Shown here: positions 28,705 through 37,430 of the stretch, in pieces
Position numbering within the stretch: the first letter of the stretch is position 1
Layout of the letters: each line of letters opens with the position of its first letter
Assembly (NCBI GenBank): GCA_964478845.1
Contig: CAYZJT010000012.1
Coordinates: forward strand, 8,173 to 72,172
Length of the DNA stretch: 64,000 nt
Direction of reading: 5' to 3'
DNA from: an uncultured Flavobacteriaceae bacterium
GTDB taxonomy: Bacteria > Bacteroidota > Bacteroidia > Flavobacteriales > Flavobacteriaceae
The notes under the pieces: generated by a model
The model's database searches: none
What the model was told of the DNA's origin: nothing
What the model saw: the letters and a program-made list of their open reading frames with translations, nothing else
Program-made: the position numbers and the translations under genes

Positions 28705-30116
28705 TGCTGTCGCTGCCGCAGATCAAGCTCTCTAATTCTAGGCTATCAAGTGCCTACGGCCTGATTGTCATCTTAAGTGCGGCGGGTTATGTTTTGTTTT
28801 TCTCGCTTTCGCGAAAGCACTTCCTAGACATCACCACGGTTTACTTCACTCTTTTTGGGATATTCCTGCTTTTGCACAAAATCATCAAGGCACTCCCAGA
28901 GCAAATTCATATGTCATGGCTCAATAAGTTCGATGGTAAGCTGATCGCAATTCTATTGGCTGGTTTAATATTCCGATTTGCAATTCTGTTTGAGGTTCCC
29001 AATCTGTCTCAGGATTTCTTCAGATTCATTTGGGACGGACAGCAGCTTCTAGGAGGTTTTAATCCTTATCTCTACCTGCCTGATGACATCATAAAATCAG
29101 GCGTAGACCATATCGCCTACGCAGCGGTTCTGCATGAAAACATGGGCAATCTGTCGGCAACCAATTATACAAACTACCCACCGTTGAATCAATTGTTTTT
29201 TGCGGCAGCTAGCTATCTGGGTGGAGAAAGCCTAGTCAACATCATGGTCTGGATGCGGCTGATGATTATCGCTGCAGATATCGGGATTTTCCTCGTTGGG
29301 ATAAAACTGCTCAGGTTTTTAAAACTGCCGATTACCAATATCGGGCTCTACTTCCTAAATCCTTTCGTCATTATTGAGTTGATGGGCAATCTGCATTGGG
29401 AGGGAATGATGGCGTTCTTTTTACTCTCCGCAATTTATCTTCTATTTAGAAATCAATGGTTCTCAAGCGCAGTTTCTCTTGCCTCTGGAGTTTTGGTCAA
29501 GCTTTTACCTATCATCGCAATTCCAGTCTTTTTCAAAACGATTGGATTGAAAAAGTGGCTGCTCTACGGGATTTTGGTGAGCATCATTATCGCACTAGGA
29601 TTCCTGCCATTTGTCTCGGCTGAATTGGTTGACAAGTACTCTAATTCAGTCGGGATGTGGTTTGGGAAGTTTGAGTTTAATGCGAGTATTTACTACTTGA
29701 TCAGATGGGTTGGGTATCAGATTACAGGATACAATATTATTCAGACGGCCGGTAAGATCTTACCGCTGCTAACTGTGATCGGGGTGTTGTGTATGTCAGC
29801 TTTTCGTGCAAACGAAAAACCAAAAACGCTGCTCATTACTCTGGTATTCTCATATTGCCTTTACCTATTTCTGTCAACGACAGTTCACCCGTGGTATTTG
29901 ACCATCCCATTGCTACTGAGTGTATTCACCAGATATCGATTTCTGCTGCTGTGGTCGCTGCTTGTTTTTCTGAGTTACAGCGCTTATTCAAATGAGAATT
30001 TTCAAGAAAACCTCTGGCTGGTCGCGATTGAATATATCGCTGTGATCGGATTTTTGATCTATGAAATCAAGTCTATTTCTCAGAGAGAACATAAATCTAT
30101 AAGAATAATACCCTAG
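28704..30116 (+). CDS. GT-C type (GT87/DUF2029-like) polytopic glycosyltransferase
   Basis: SQDFFRFIWDG, TNYPP, HWEG and VHPWY motifs in a multi-TM protein. Confidence 0.75.
   Translation: MLSLPQIKLSNSRLSSAYGLIVILSAAGYVLFFSLSRKHFLDITTVYFTLFGIFLLLHKIIKALPEQIHMSWLNKFDGKLIAILLAGLIFRFAILFEVPNLSQDFFRFIWDGQQLLGGFNPYLYLPDDIIKSGVDHIAYAAVLHENMGNLSATNYTNYPPLNQLFFAAASYLGGESLVNIMVWMRLMIIAADIGIFLVGIKLLRFLKLPITNIGLYFLNPFVIIELMGNLHWEGMMAFFLLSAIYLLFRNQWFSSAVSLASGVLVKLLPIIAIPVFFKTIGLKKWLLYGILVSIIIALGFLPFVSAELVDKYSNSVGMWFGKFEFNASIYYLIRWVGYQITGYNIIQTAGKILPLLTVIGVLCMSAFRANEKPKTLLITLVFSYCLYLFLSTTVHPWYLTIPLLLSVFTRYRFLLLWSLLVFLSYSAYSNENFQENLWLVAIEYIAVIGFLIYEIKSISQREHKSIRIIP
28805..28818. repeat. Palindrome copy inside the GT-C gene (LSRK frame)
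   Basis: Exact 14-mer. Confidence 0.95.
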
Positions 30117-30991
30117 AGCATTTTCAAATTGATGATCTCTTGTTGTGATAGCAAACGGTAGTTGCCACGGGGAAGATCTTTTTTTGTCAATCCTGCGAGC
30201 ATCACCCGATCAAGAATCTTGATCTCGTAACCCAGCGTATCAAAAATGTGCAGGATGATATTGTCCTTGCCAGAACTTAATTCTACACCTATTTCATTAT
30301 TGCGTCCGCCCTCGATGTAGTTGGCATCATGGATTTTGACTGGCTTCCCTTCAATCAAAATTCCCTTGCGCAATGCTACCAGATCCTCATGCTTAAAGCT
30401 GCGATCTAGCGCTACCTGATACATCTGGCGGATGGGCCGATTTGGGTTATTTAACTTGTTGGCCATTTCAAGATCATTGGTGAACAACATAAGTCCGAGG
30501 CCGCTGCGGTTCAATGAACCCACAAAATGCAGTTTGCTGGGACTGGCATTTGCCATCAGATCCAGAACGGTCTTGCTGGCACGCTCTCCCTTTTTAGGCG
30601 TAATAAAACCTTTAGCCTTGTTGAGCAAGAAGTATTCTTTACGTGCAGGAGTTAAAAGGCGGTTGTCAAATCGCACTTCATCATTCGGTTGCACCTTGTA
30701 GCCCATCTGTGTAACAGCTTTGCCGTTCACAGTCACGCTGCCTGCTTGTATATAAACATCTGCATCGCGGCGGCTGCATACACCGCTATTGGCAATATAC
30801 TTATTAAGTCTTATGCTATCATCAGCAGATTTTTTCTTGGGCGTAGATTCCGATTTTTTGCGGTCGATGTATTGCTTTTTGGTTACCGGCTTGCCTGTAC
30901 GCGAGGTCCCTACAACCTGATTTTTACCACCGCGCGGTGATTTCTTTTGATCGCCAGAAGTTGACTTCTTTCCACCCTTACTGCTTGCCAT
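30113..30991 (-). CDS. RsuA/RluB family pseudouridine synthase with S4 domain; catalytic GRLD motif altered
   Basis: IRLNKYIANSGVCSRRDAD S4 domain and GLTKKDLPRG; reads VGSLNRSGLGLMLFTND where VGRLD is expected. Confidence 0.85.
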   Translation of the reverse strand: MASSKGGKKSTSGDQKKSPRGGKNQVVGTSRTGKPVTKKQYIDRKKSESTPKKKSADDSIRLNKYIANSGVCSRRDADVYIQAGSVTVNGKAVTQMGYKVQPNDEVRFDNRLLTPARKEYFLLNKAKGFITPKKGERASKTVLDLMANASPSKLHFVGSLNRSGLGLMLFTNDLEMANKLNNPNRPIRQMYQVALDRSFKHEDLVALRKGILIEGKPVKIHDANYIEGGRNNEIGVELSSGKDNIILHIFDTLGYEIKILDRVMLAGLTKKDLPRGNYRLLSQQEIINLKML

Positions 30992-31062
30992 CCTAATTTT
31001 TTTTTGCAAAGATACTGGGTTGCAGGCTGCTGATTTTTAAACTTAATTCTAGACTTACGGAA

Positions 31063-31732
31063 CTATGATGGTTTTGAGTAAAAAGCGAAGGGCACATAAC
31101 ATAAGTCCTCTAGTTCGGTTAGATTTTTAATGCGCCGCGTCCCGCCGTCATGCATCAGGATAAGCTGATTACTCAACTCGATAGTTCTTTCAAAGTCATG
31201 ATCTGAAATCACAATTCCTTTTTTCTGCGCTCTCATTTTGATCCATTGCGCTACTTCATCGCGATAGAGCGGTGCAATGCCGTTGAATGGCTCGTCCAGC
31301 AGAATAAAATGCTGGCGAGCGTGAGTAATCAGCATAACTTCTACGAGCCTTTTTTGCCCGCCTGATAGATCGCCAGCTTTTTGACTGGATACTTCCTTCA
31401 AATACTCGTGTTTTATCAAAAAATCCCTGCTGTCGGCATCACAAATCTTTATCAGTTCAGCGACTTTGTATCTGCTAGTTAAAAATTCTGTTGAGGCAGA
31501 TAGGCGATATGTTTGCGGATTTTCAAATTTGATTTGATGACCGCAACGTCCACAGAGCGATAACAGTAATCACCTTTCAAACACCCAAAAACTATTTTCA
31601 ACAAAGTCGATTTTCCCGATCCATTTCTGCCTAGCAAACCGTCAATCTTCCCGGTCTCGCAGTCAGAAAAACGTCTGTTAGGACTTGTTTCCCGCTAAAT
31701 GACTTTTGTACGCTGTCCACGTGCAGTTTCAT
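31063..31732 (-). pseudogene. ABC transporter ATP-binding gene with two -1 frameshifts
   Basis: ATG 31732 frame (MKLHVDSVQKSF), Walker A GLLGRNGSGKSTL in a second frame, signature LSGGQ and LLDEP in a third; both shifts fall at 5-nt T runs (31667-31671, 31481-31485). Confidence 0.8.
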
Positions 31733-31965
31733 AGCTGGGAGATGACAATTGCGATTACGGAATGACAAACTAACGACCAGATCCACAGTCTCGCCTTTGT
31801 CCAGCCGAGATTGTAGTAGAAGAACAATTCATCTTCGTATATGTACTCGTAGATGATGTAGTGGTTAAAAATCACACCAGTTACTAACAAGGATGCAATT
31901 GCGCCATTAGGGAAATATCCCAAAAAATACCACCAGCTAAAACCTAATAATAATACCAGTATCAA
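31729..31965 (-). CDS. Small membrane protein upstream of the ABC pseudogene; start uncertain
   Basis: Hydrophobic ORF with FFYYNLG motif overlapping the ABC start. Confidence 0.45.
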   Translation of the reverse strand: MILVLLLGFSWWYFLGYFPNGAIASLLVTGVIFNHYIIYEYIYEDELFFYYNLGWTKARLWIWSLVCHSVIAIVISQL

Positions 31966-32029
31966 AACGGGTTTGGCGATGCGCCAGTAGAAATGTAGAA
32001 AATGTTTGATGTTCCAAATTAAGCGAAAT

Positions 32030-32695
32030 TTAGGCTCCTGCGACTACCAACACAAATTCACCTTTTGGTTTTTTCTGTTCAAAATGGGCGATTGCTTCTT
32101 TTACGTATCCGCGAAAATGTTCCTCGTAAAGCTTTGTGATTTCTCGAGAAACGCAGATCTGGCGATCTTCTCCCAAATGTTCGGCCAGGTCTGTTAGTGT
32201 GCGCGGCAATTTGTGAGGCGACTCGTAAAGAATGATGCTGCGGGTTTCTTTTTGCAATGCTTCAAGCCTTTTCTTCCTCCCTTTTTTGACAGGGAGAAAT
32301 CCCTCAAACACAAACCGATCTGATGGCAATCCCGAGACGGTAAGCGCTGGGACAAAGGCGGTGGCGCCTGGTAGCGCTTCTATCGGGATGTTGTGTTCTG
32401 TTAGCTTTCGCGAAAGCAAAAATCCAGGATCACTTATCCCAGGGGAGCCTGCATCTGTTATCAGCGCCATGGTTTCCCCACTCTCGATTAGCCTCACAAT
32501 CTGATCTACCAGTTTGTGCTCGTTATGCATGTGGTAGGAAAGCATGGGTGTGGAAATATCGTAGTGCTTGAATAGCTTTCCTGACGTTCGCGTATCCTCT
32601 GCCAGCACAAGATCCACTTCTTTCAAAACCTCGACCGCCCTGAAGGTCATATCGCCTAGATTGCCGATGGGGGTGGGGACAAGGTAGAGTTTCAT
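32030..32695 (-). CDS. rsmI: 16S rRNA (cytidine1402-2'-O)-methyltransferase
   Basis: LYLVPTPIGNLGD, AEDTR, DAGSPGISDPG and YESPH. Confidence 0.95.
   Translation of the reverse strand: MKLYLVPTPIGNLGDMTFRAVEVLKEVDLVLAEDTRTSGKLFKHYDISTPMLSYHMHNEHKLVDQIVRLIESGETMALITDAGSPGISDPGFLLSRKLTEHNIPIEALPGATAFVPALTVSGLPSDRFVFEGFLPVKKGRKKRLEALQKETRSIILYESPHKLPRTLTDLAEHLGEDRQICVSREITKLYEEHFRGYVKEAIAHFEQKKPKGEFVLVVAGA
32404..32417. repeat. Palindrome copy inside rsmI (LSRK frame)
   Basis: Exact 14-mer. Confidence 0.95.
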
Positions 32696-32707
32696 AGGTT
32701 AAATTTT

Positions 32708-32735
32708 CTAGCGCTTAGCAGTTAGCGCTTAGCTG
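32708..32735. repeat. Short tandem heptamer repeat, 4 copies of (T/C)TAGCNN
   Basis: CTAGCGC TTAGCAG TTAGCGC TTAGCTG upstream of rsmI. Confidence 0.6.
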
Positions 32736-32777
32736 TCAGTTTGCAAATTAATGGTAAATCTTAAGAGGAGGCATCAA

Positions 32778-32811
32778 AAAAGCCCTATGAGAATGGTTCT
32801 CACAGAGCTTT
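32778..32811 (-). terminator. Probable intrinsic terminator of the tetR-SDR unit
   Basis: Imperfect stem AAAGC..TGAGAA-TGG-TTCTCA..GCTTT with an adjacent A-run (T-run on minus). Confidence 0.5.
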
Positions 32812-32870
32812 ATCTGAATTTATGCAACATCAAATCTCAATTTGGGATTTGAAATTTTAGGATTTGTGAT

Positions 32871-33620
32871 TTACACCTGCACCATCCCACCATCAACCTG
32901 GATCTCGTGACCGGTAATGTAGCTGGCGTCGTCGCTTGCAAGGAAAAGGACGGTTTTTGCGATTTCCTCTGGTTTTCCAAAACGATTTAATGGAACCTGA
33001 GAAAGAATCTGCTCTGCCATTTGCTTTTGCTGATCTTCTGGGACATTGGCCTCATTGAAGAAATTTGTATCGATGGGACCAGGGCTTACAGCGTTGACTC
33101 TGATGCCCTGATCTTTGAATTCATTTGCAAAGCTGCTTGTGAAATATTTGACTGCGCTCTTAGCAGCTCCATACATGCTAGCGCCCGGCATACCCATATC
33201 AGTAACTACACTCGTGTTGTAAATGATATTGCTACCTTCCTTCAGATATGGAAGAGTTTTCTGAGTGGTGAAATAGCCACCTTTTACAAGTGCATTAAAC
33301 TGGTCGTCAAACATTTCTTCTGTAGCCTCGCTAAGCGGAGTAAATTTCCCGAAGCCAGCATTGACAAAGAGTACGTCCACGTGGTCGGTATGTTTGCCTA
33401 TGTGATCTCCCAGTTGCTGCAAATCATCCCATTTTCCCGCATCGCTAACAAAACCAACAACATTTTTGCCTAATTCGGCGACGGTCTTGTCGATGTTTTC
33501 CTGCTTGCGGCTGGTGATGATGACCTTTGCGCCCTCATCTGCAAATGCTTTGGCCGTTGCCTTTCCGATACCACTGGTCCCACCAGTAATTAAAACTGTT
33601 TTTCCTTGAAATCTGCTCAT
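32871..33620 (-). CDS. Short-chain dehydrogenase/reductase
   Basis: TGGTSGIG, NAG, YGAAK and VNAVSPGPIDT. Confidence 0.93.
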   Translation of the reverse strand: MSRFQGKTVLITGGTSGIGKATAKAFADEGAKVIITSRKQENIDKTVAELGKNVVGFVSDAGKWDDLQQLGDHIGKHTDHVDVLFVNAGFGKFTPLSEATEEMFDDQFNALVKGGYFTTQKTLPYLKEGSNIIYNTSVVTDMGMPGASMYGAAKSAVKYFTSSFANEFKDQGIRVNAVSPGPIDTNFFNEANVPEDQQKQMAEQILSQVPLNRFGKPEEIAKTVLFLASDDASYITGHEIQVDGGMVQV

Positions 33621-33655
33621 AATAATTGATTTGTGTGGTCTCCCACGATTAAACT

Positions 33656-34228
33656 TTATTTTAAAATTTTCAAACTATTTGTGATGATTGATTCAAGCAC
33701 TTTCTCGTCTTTTTCCAAAATCCCTGTGACACGGTAGCCATGAAGCGAATTCAGAAGATGCCAGGCATATTCCCTTGATTCCGCCTTGTCGTTTATAGAG
33801 CCATCTTGCTGACCCATATTGACAAGCTTTTCAAAGAACTTGAGATTGTCTTCTTGGGTTTCTTTCAACCAAGAATTTAATGATGGCTCATGATGCATTT
33901 CTGTCCGGCAATTGATGTTCATACAGCCGCGTGAGTCGTTTTTTATCTCTGGCAAAAATGACAAAAACAAATTTTTAACCGCTTCAAATCCAGTTCTTGG
34001 TTGATTAACGGATGTTTCAATTTGCTTACTGCTTAAAACCATGTAATTATCCAGCGCCATTCTATAGAGCTGCATCTTATTACCATAGGAGTTGTAAAGG
34101 CTGCTGCGATTGAGGCCAGTCGTTTCTACTAGATCTTGAAGCGACGTACCATTGTAGCCTTTCTTCCAAAAGAGGTGCATCACTTTTTCCAGTATTTCTT
34201 CTCTATTGAATGCCTCCGTTCTTGCCAT
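33656..34228 (-). CDS. TetR/AcrR family regulator (start moved to the ATG at 34228)
   Basis: FWKKGYNGTSLQDLVETTGLNRSSLYNSYGNK helix-turn-helix. Confidence 0.92.
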   Translation of the reverse strand: MARTEAFNREEILEKVMHLFWKKGYNGTSLQDLVETTGLNRSSLYNSYGNKMQLYRMALDNYMVLSSKQIETSVNQPRTGFEAVKNLFLSFLPEIKNDSRGCMNINCRTEMHHEPSLNSWLKETQEDNLKFFEKLVNMGQQDGSINDKAESREYAWHLLNSLHGYRVTGILEKDEKVLESIITNSLKILK

Positions 34229-34244
34229 CGTGAACAAATTTAAA

Positions 34245-34264
34245 TCTGAAACGAACATTCCAGA
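34245..34264. promoter_or_regulatory. Probable TetR operator next to a TAAATTTG promoter element (34235-34242, minus)
   Basis: TCTGAAACGAACATTCCAGA is an imperfect inverted repeat (14 of 20 positions symmetric). Confidence 0.5.
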
Positions 34265-34397
34265 AAGGACTTGAGGTAACTTTAACTAGTTAAAAACTTT
34301 GGATGTGTAAAGTCTGATATTAATCAATCCATTCTAATTTACTGAGATACCGCGGCGAGACCCATCTAAGACTCAGCTCAGTCAGTACTTTTGTTCT

Positions 34398-34754
34398 ATG
34401 GTTAAAGACGATCAGCTTAAAGAGCGATGGGTGCGTACGGTTGCTTTCTTCCAAGAGCATTTTGGAGATGGTGAAGAAATGGATCTGGATGCGATCATAT
34501 TTCTGATAGGCGTGCAGGAGTTGGGACAGCTGCACAGAAAATTCAAAAAGGACGAAAAGCTACAGCTCATGCACATCGCCATATGTAGGTTACTGGAACC
34601 TTATGGCTATTACGAGTTTTCGCATTTTGATGACGATAAGTGGCCGCACTACAAGGTGCGTGAAAAACTTCCACCACTAAAGGCAGGTGAGCAGACTTTA
34701 TTAATGAAAGAAGCCATCGTGAGTTATATGGTTAGAGCTGGCGTGATCGACTAG
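34398..34754 (+). CDS. Conserved Bacteroidetes hypothetical protein
   Basis: LIGVQELG..K.QLMHIAICRLLEPYGYY..D..WPH pattern. Confidence 0.75.
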   Translation: MVKDDQLKERWVRTVAFFQEHFGDGEEMDLDAIIFLIGVQELGQLHRKFKKDEKLQLMHIAICRLLEPYGYYEFSHFDDDKWPHYKVREKLPPLKAGEQTLLMKEAIVSYMVRAGVID

Positions 34755-34755
34755 A

Positions 34756-35550
34756 TCAGCTTAGGCTGGCCCAGATTGCGATGGCACCCACGATAAAACA
34801 GTAGTAAGAAAAGTAGTGGAGCTTTGCTCTTTTGACCAGCGCAATCATCCATGTACATGCCAGAAGACCAGTTAAAAAGGCCGCCCCGAAGCCAATCAAT
34901 AGCGGTGTAAGTTCTGCATTCTGAGCAGACAGATCGCCACTCAAAAGATCCTTGGCGATTTTGCCAAAAATCAATGGCACTACCATCAAAAAGGAAAACC
35001 TCGCTGCTTTTGTGCGATCGTTCCCTAGAAGTACGCTAGTTGATATGGTCGCACCGCTGCGGCTTATCCCGGGCAGCATGGCAATTGCCTGTGCTATACC
35101 TATCATTACCGCATCTACCCAACTCACATTTTTGTTGGTGTTTTTTGCACGTCCCGCTAGAAAAAGCAACAGGCCAGTCACAATTAACATTAGACCTACG
35201 AGCACCAGATTTTTCGAAAAAAGTGATTCCAAATAATCCTCAAAGAAAAGTCCTATGGCAACAGCAGGGATCATGGATAGCGCGATTTTACCAATAAATC
35301 TGGATTCCTCATTATTGCTGAATTTCAGCAAGCCACGCATAAGATCTGAGATGTCCTTCCTAAAAACAATGATGGTACTCAACGCAGTAGCAAAATGAAC
35401 TACGACCGTGAACAGCAAATTTTCCTCAGCAGACTTCATGTCTGCGTCCAGGAATGCCTGTCCCAGCTCGATGTGGCCGCTTGAAGAAACGGGAAGGAAT
35501 TCAGTTAGGCCCTGAATGGTTCCTAAAATCAGGGCGTCCAGCCAGTCCAT
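34756..35550 (-). CDS. uppP: Undecaprenyl-diphosphate phosphatase (start moved to the ATG at 35550)
   Basis: QGLTEFLPVSSSGH and PGISRSGATI motifs. Confidence 0.95.
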   Translation of the reverse strand: MDWLDALILGTIQGLTEFLPVSSSGHIELGQAFLDADMKSAEENLLFTVVVHFATALSTIIVFRKDISDLMRGLLKFSNNEESRFIGKIALSMIPAVAIGLFFEDYLESLFSKNLVLVGLMLIVTGLLLFLAGRAKNTNKNVSWVDAVMIGIAQAIAMLPGISRSGATISTSVLLGNDRTKAARFSFLMVVPLIFGKIAKDLLSGDLSAQNAELTPLLIGFGAAFLTGLLACTWMIALVKRAKLHYFSYYCFIVGAIAIWASLS

Positions 35551-35825
35551 TACTTTTCTGGATCTAGTAAAATAGCATAAATCTCGATCCCAAAACCGAT
35601 CAGCACCACCGCAGGCGCTAGCCTGATGCGACGCCAATGAAAAATGGCTTCATTGAAAACTTCAGGGTCATCGCTGCCACCGCCGGCCATCAACCCAAAA
35701 CCTAGTGCAATCACCACCAGACCGATCACCATCATCAAGTAGTTTTTCCTGCCAAACAGAAATTCATTTCTCGGTTTCACGTTCTCTTCCTGAGTCTTGC
35801 TTGCCTGTTGTTTTTGCTTCTTCAT
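35550..35825 (-). CDS. DUF3098 family membrane protein
   Basis: FGRKNY..GGGSDDP.VFN..RIRLAP; position between ftsX and uppP. Confidence 0.85.
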   Translation of the reverse strand: MKKQKQQASKTQEENVKPRNEFLFGRKNYLMMVIGLVVIALGFGLMAGGGSDDPEVFNEAIFHWRRIRLAPAVVLIGFGIEIYAILLDPEK

Positions 35826-35859
35826 GGTGTCTTTTCTGTTTCCTGCGGGTATTTCTTAA

Positions 35860-35881
35860 TTACGCTTTCGCGAAAGCGTAA
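35860..35881. repeat. Full 22-bp palindrome between ftsX and DUF3098
   Basis: TTACGCTTTCGCGAAAGCGTAA. Confidence 0.95.
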
Positions 35882-35883
35882 CA

Positions 35884-36762
35884 TCAATAATACAACTGGT
35901 CTGTCCTTAAATTTAGATAACGTGTGGTGGCAAAAAAAGTACTGAGCAGGCTGATTAAAATCCCAAAACCGATCACTCCAACAAACAAAATCCCGAGGGT
36001 CTGATAATCCTCTAGGATCGTGAGTTCGGGTATGGCGCGGTCTGCGTAGTAAATCACTACAGCAAGTAAACCTAGCGCTAGCACAGCTGCAATGATACCC
36101 AGTCGCACGCTGGTCAGAATGAACGGCCTGCGTATAAATCCTTTAGTGGCACCTACCATCTGCATGGTCTTGATGGTAAATCGTTTTGCGTAAACGCTTA
36201 ATCGGATGGAACTGTTGATCAATAAGAATGCAATAAGCACAAAAAGTCCAGCCACGATTAGCATGTAGAGCGTTATGCGCTTTACGTTTTTATTAAGGAT
36301 ACTCACCAGCGGCTTGTCGTAATTGACTTCCTGCACATAGCTGCGAGATTCCAGATCATCAGCTATAGCCTGTATTTCTTCGCTAGTGACGTAATCAGCT
36401 TTTAATCTGATGTCAATTGAATTTGGGATGGGATTAAATCCATCTAGCGTAGCGATAAAATCCTCGCCTAGTTCTTCTTTTGTTTTTTCTGCACCCTCCT
36501 CGCTGCTTACAAAAACAGCTTCCTTGACATAGTCTGCCATTTGAAGTGTTTTTTCCAGCTGTCGCATGTCCACTTCCTTTGCGTTATCCTTGAAGTAGAT
36601 GGACATGGGCACCTGCTCACGGAAGAAATTTGCCAATTTTTGGCTATTTAACAAAAAGAATCCCAGCAATCCCATCATGAACAATACGAGAAACAAGCTC
36701 ACCACCACCCAGAAGTAGGAGCTGAAAAGTCGTCGTTTTTGGTAAGCCGATTGGCGAGACAT
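35884..36762 (-). CDS. ftsX: Cell division permease FtsX
   Basis: NPIPNSI loop, LINSSIRL and TMQMVGATKGFIRRPF. Confidence 0.92.
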   Translation of the reverse strand: MSRQSAYQKRRLFSSYFWVVVSLFLVLFMMGLLGFFLLNSQKLANFFREQVPMSIYFKDNAKEVDMRQLEKTLQMADYVKEAVFVSSEEGAEKTKEELGEDFIATLDGFNPIPNSIDIRLKADYVTSEEIQAIADDLESRSYVQEVNYDKPLVSILNKNVKRITLYMLIVAGLFVLIAFLLINSSIRLSVYAKRFTIKTMQMVGATKGFIRRPFILTSVRLGIIAAVLALGLLAVVIYYADRAIPELTILEDYQTLGILFVGVIGFGILISLLSTFFATTRYLNLRTDQLYY

Positions 36763-36827
36763 AGCGCTAATTGATCACGCAAAAATAACGGTTTGTTAGT
36801 GGCATTGTTATGAGCAACCTAGAATGA

Positions 36828-37430
36828 TTAGTGAAGATATCCCCTTTGAGCAAAAATGGGTTCATCACCCCACAGTTTTCGGATCAACTTGATGTCAAGC
36901 GGAACAAAACTAGACGAGCCATCGGCATTAAAATTTTCTGGGCAATAAAGTCTCTCATTCTTGACGTAACACCGATTGGCTTTTTCTGAAACAATAATCA
37001 ATTTCCCTTGCTTGATCTTCTGCTGGATTAGTTTAAGATCCAGAACCACCCACTTTAAAAAATCAGTAAGCGCGGCTCTTTTACTCAGTTCTTTCGTACC
37101 ATTAGTAATTCCATAAACCAGATAATCTGCTTCGATTTTGTAGAATTCAGATTTTACCCGGTCCTGATGTCTATTCTGATCTCTACGAAATCTCAGCGTT
37201 GCATCGGTGTAGTTTTGGTATTTGCTTTCGCGAAAGCGCTCCTGCAACCTAATATCTCTACCATCACGATCGCGCACCACATAGTCAATACCGTGATCCT
37301 GATCGATGCGTTTAAGCAGATCTGCGGGCAGATCCAATTCCTGCCATCCCAATGGCTCATAAATGACGGGTCGCGCAAGATGCACGTGCACATAATCTGT
37401 AAAGCTGCGGTCGCCGCGATAATTAGCCAT
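36828..37430 (-). CDS. Hypothetical protein, probable PD-(D/E)XK-fold nuclease
   Basis: GIDY-x11-QER pattern resembles a restriction-endonuclease active site; overlaps the MTase stop. Confidence 0.5.
   Translation of the reverse strand: MANYRGDRSFTDYVHVHLARPVIYEPLGWQELDLPADLLKRIDQDHGIDYVVRDRDGRDIRLQERFRESKYQNYTDATLRFRRDQNRHQDRVKSEFYKIEADYLVYGITNGTKELSKRAALTDFLKWVVLDLKLIQQKIKQGKLIIVSEKANRCYVKNERLYCPENFNADGSSSFVPLDIKLIRKLWGDEPIFAQRGYLH
37224..37237. repeat. Palindrome copy inside the putative nuclease (FRES frame)
   Basis: Exact 14-mer. Confidence 0.95.

Noticed and set aside
32830-32872. ATTT-rich low-complexity tract after the SDR stop
   Set aside because: Short, irregular and next to a terminator; no structure beyond low complexity can be supported.
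34340-34380. CTGAGATACC segment resembling a TPP riboswitch
   Set aside because: The GGGG, GAACCTG and GGTAATGC elements are missing and the neighbours are unrelated to thiamine.
35551-35637. Longer start for uppP in the ORF track
   Set aside because: It lies inside DUF3098; the TAATG stop/start junction at 35548-35552 marks the real start.
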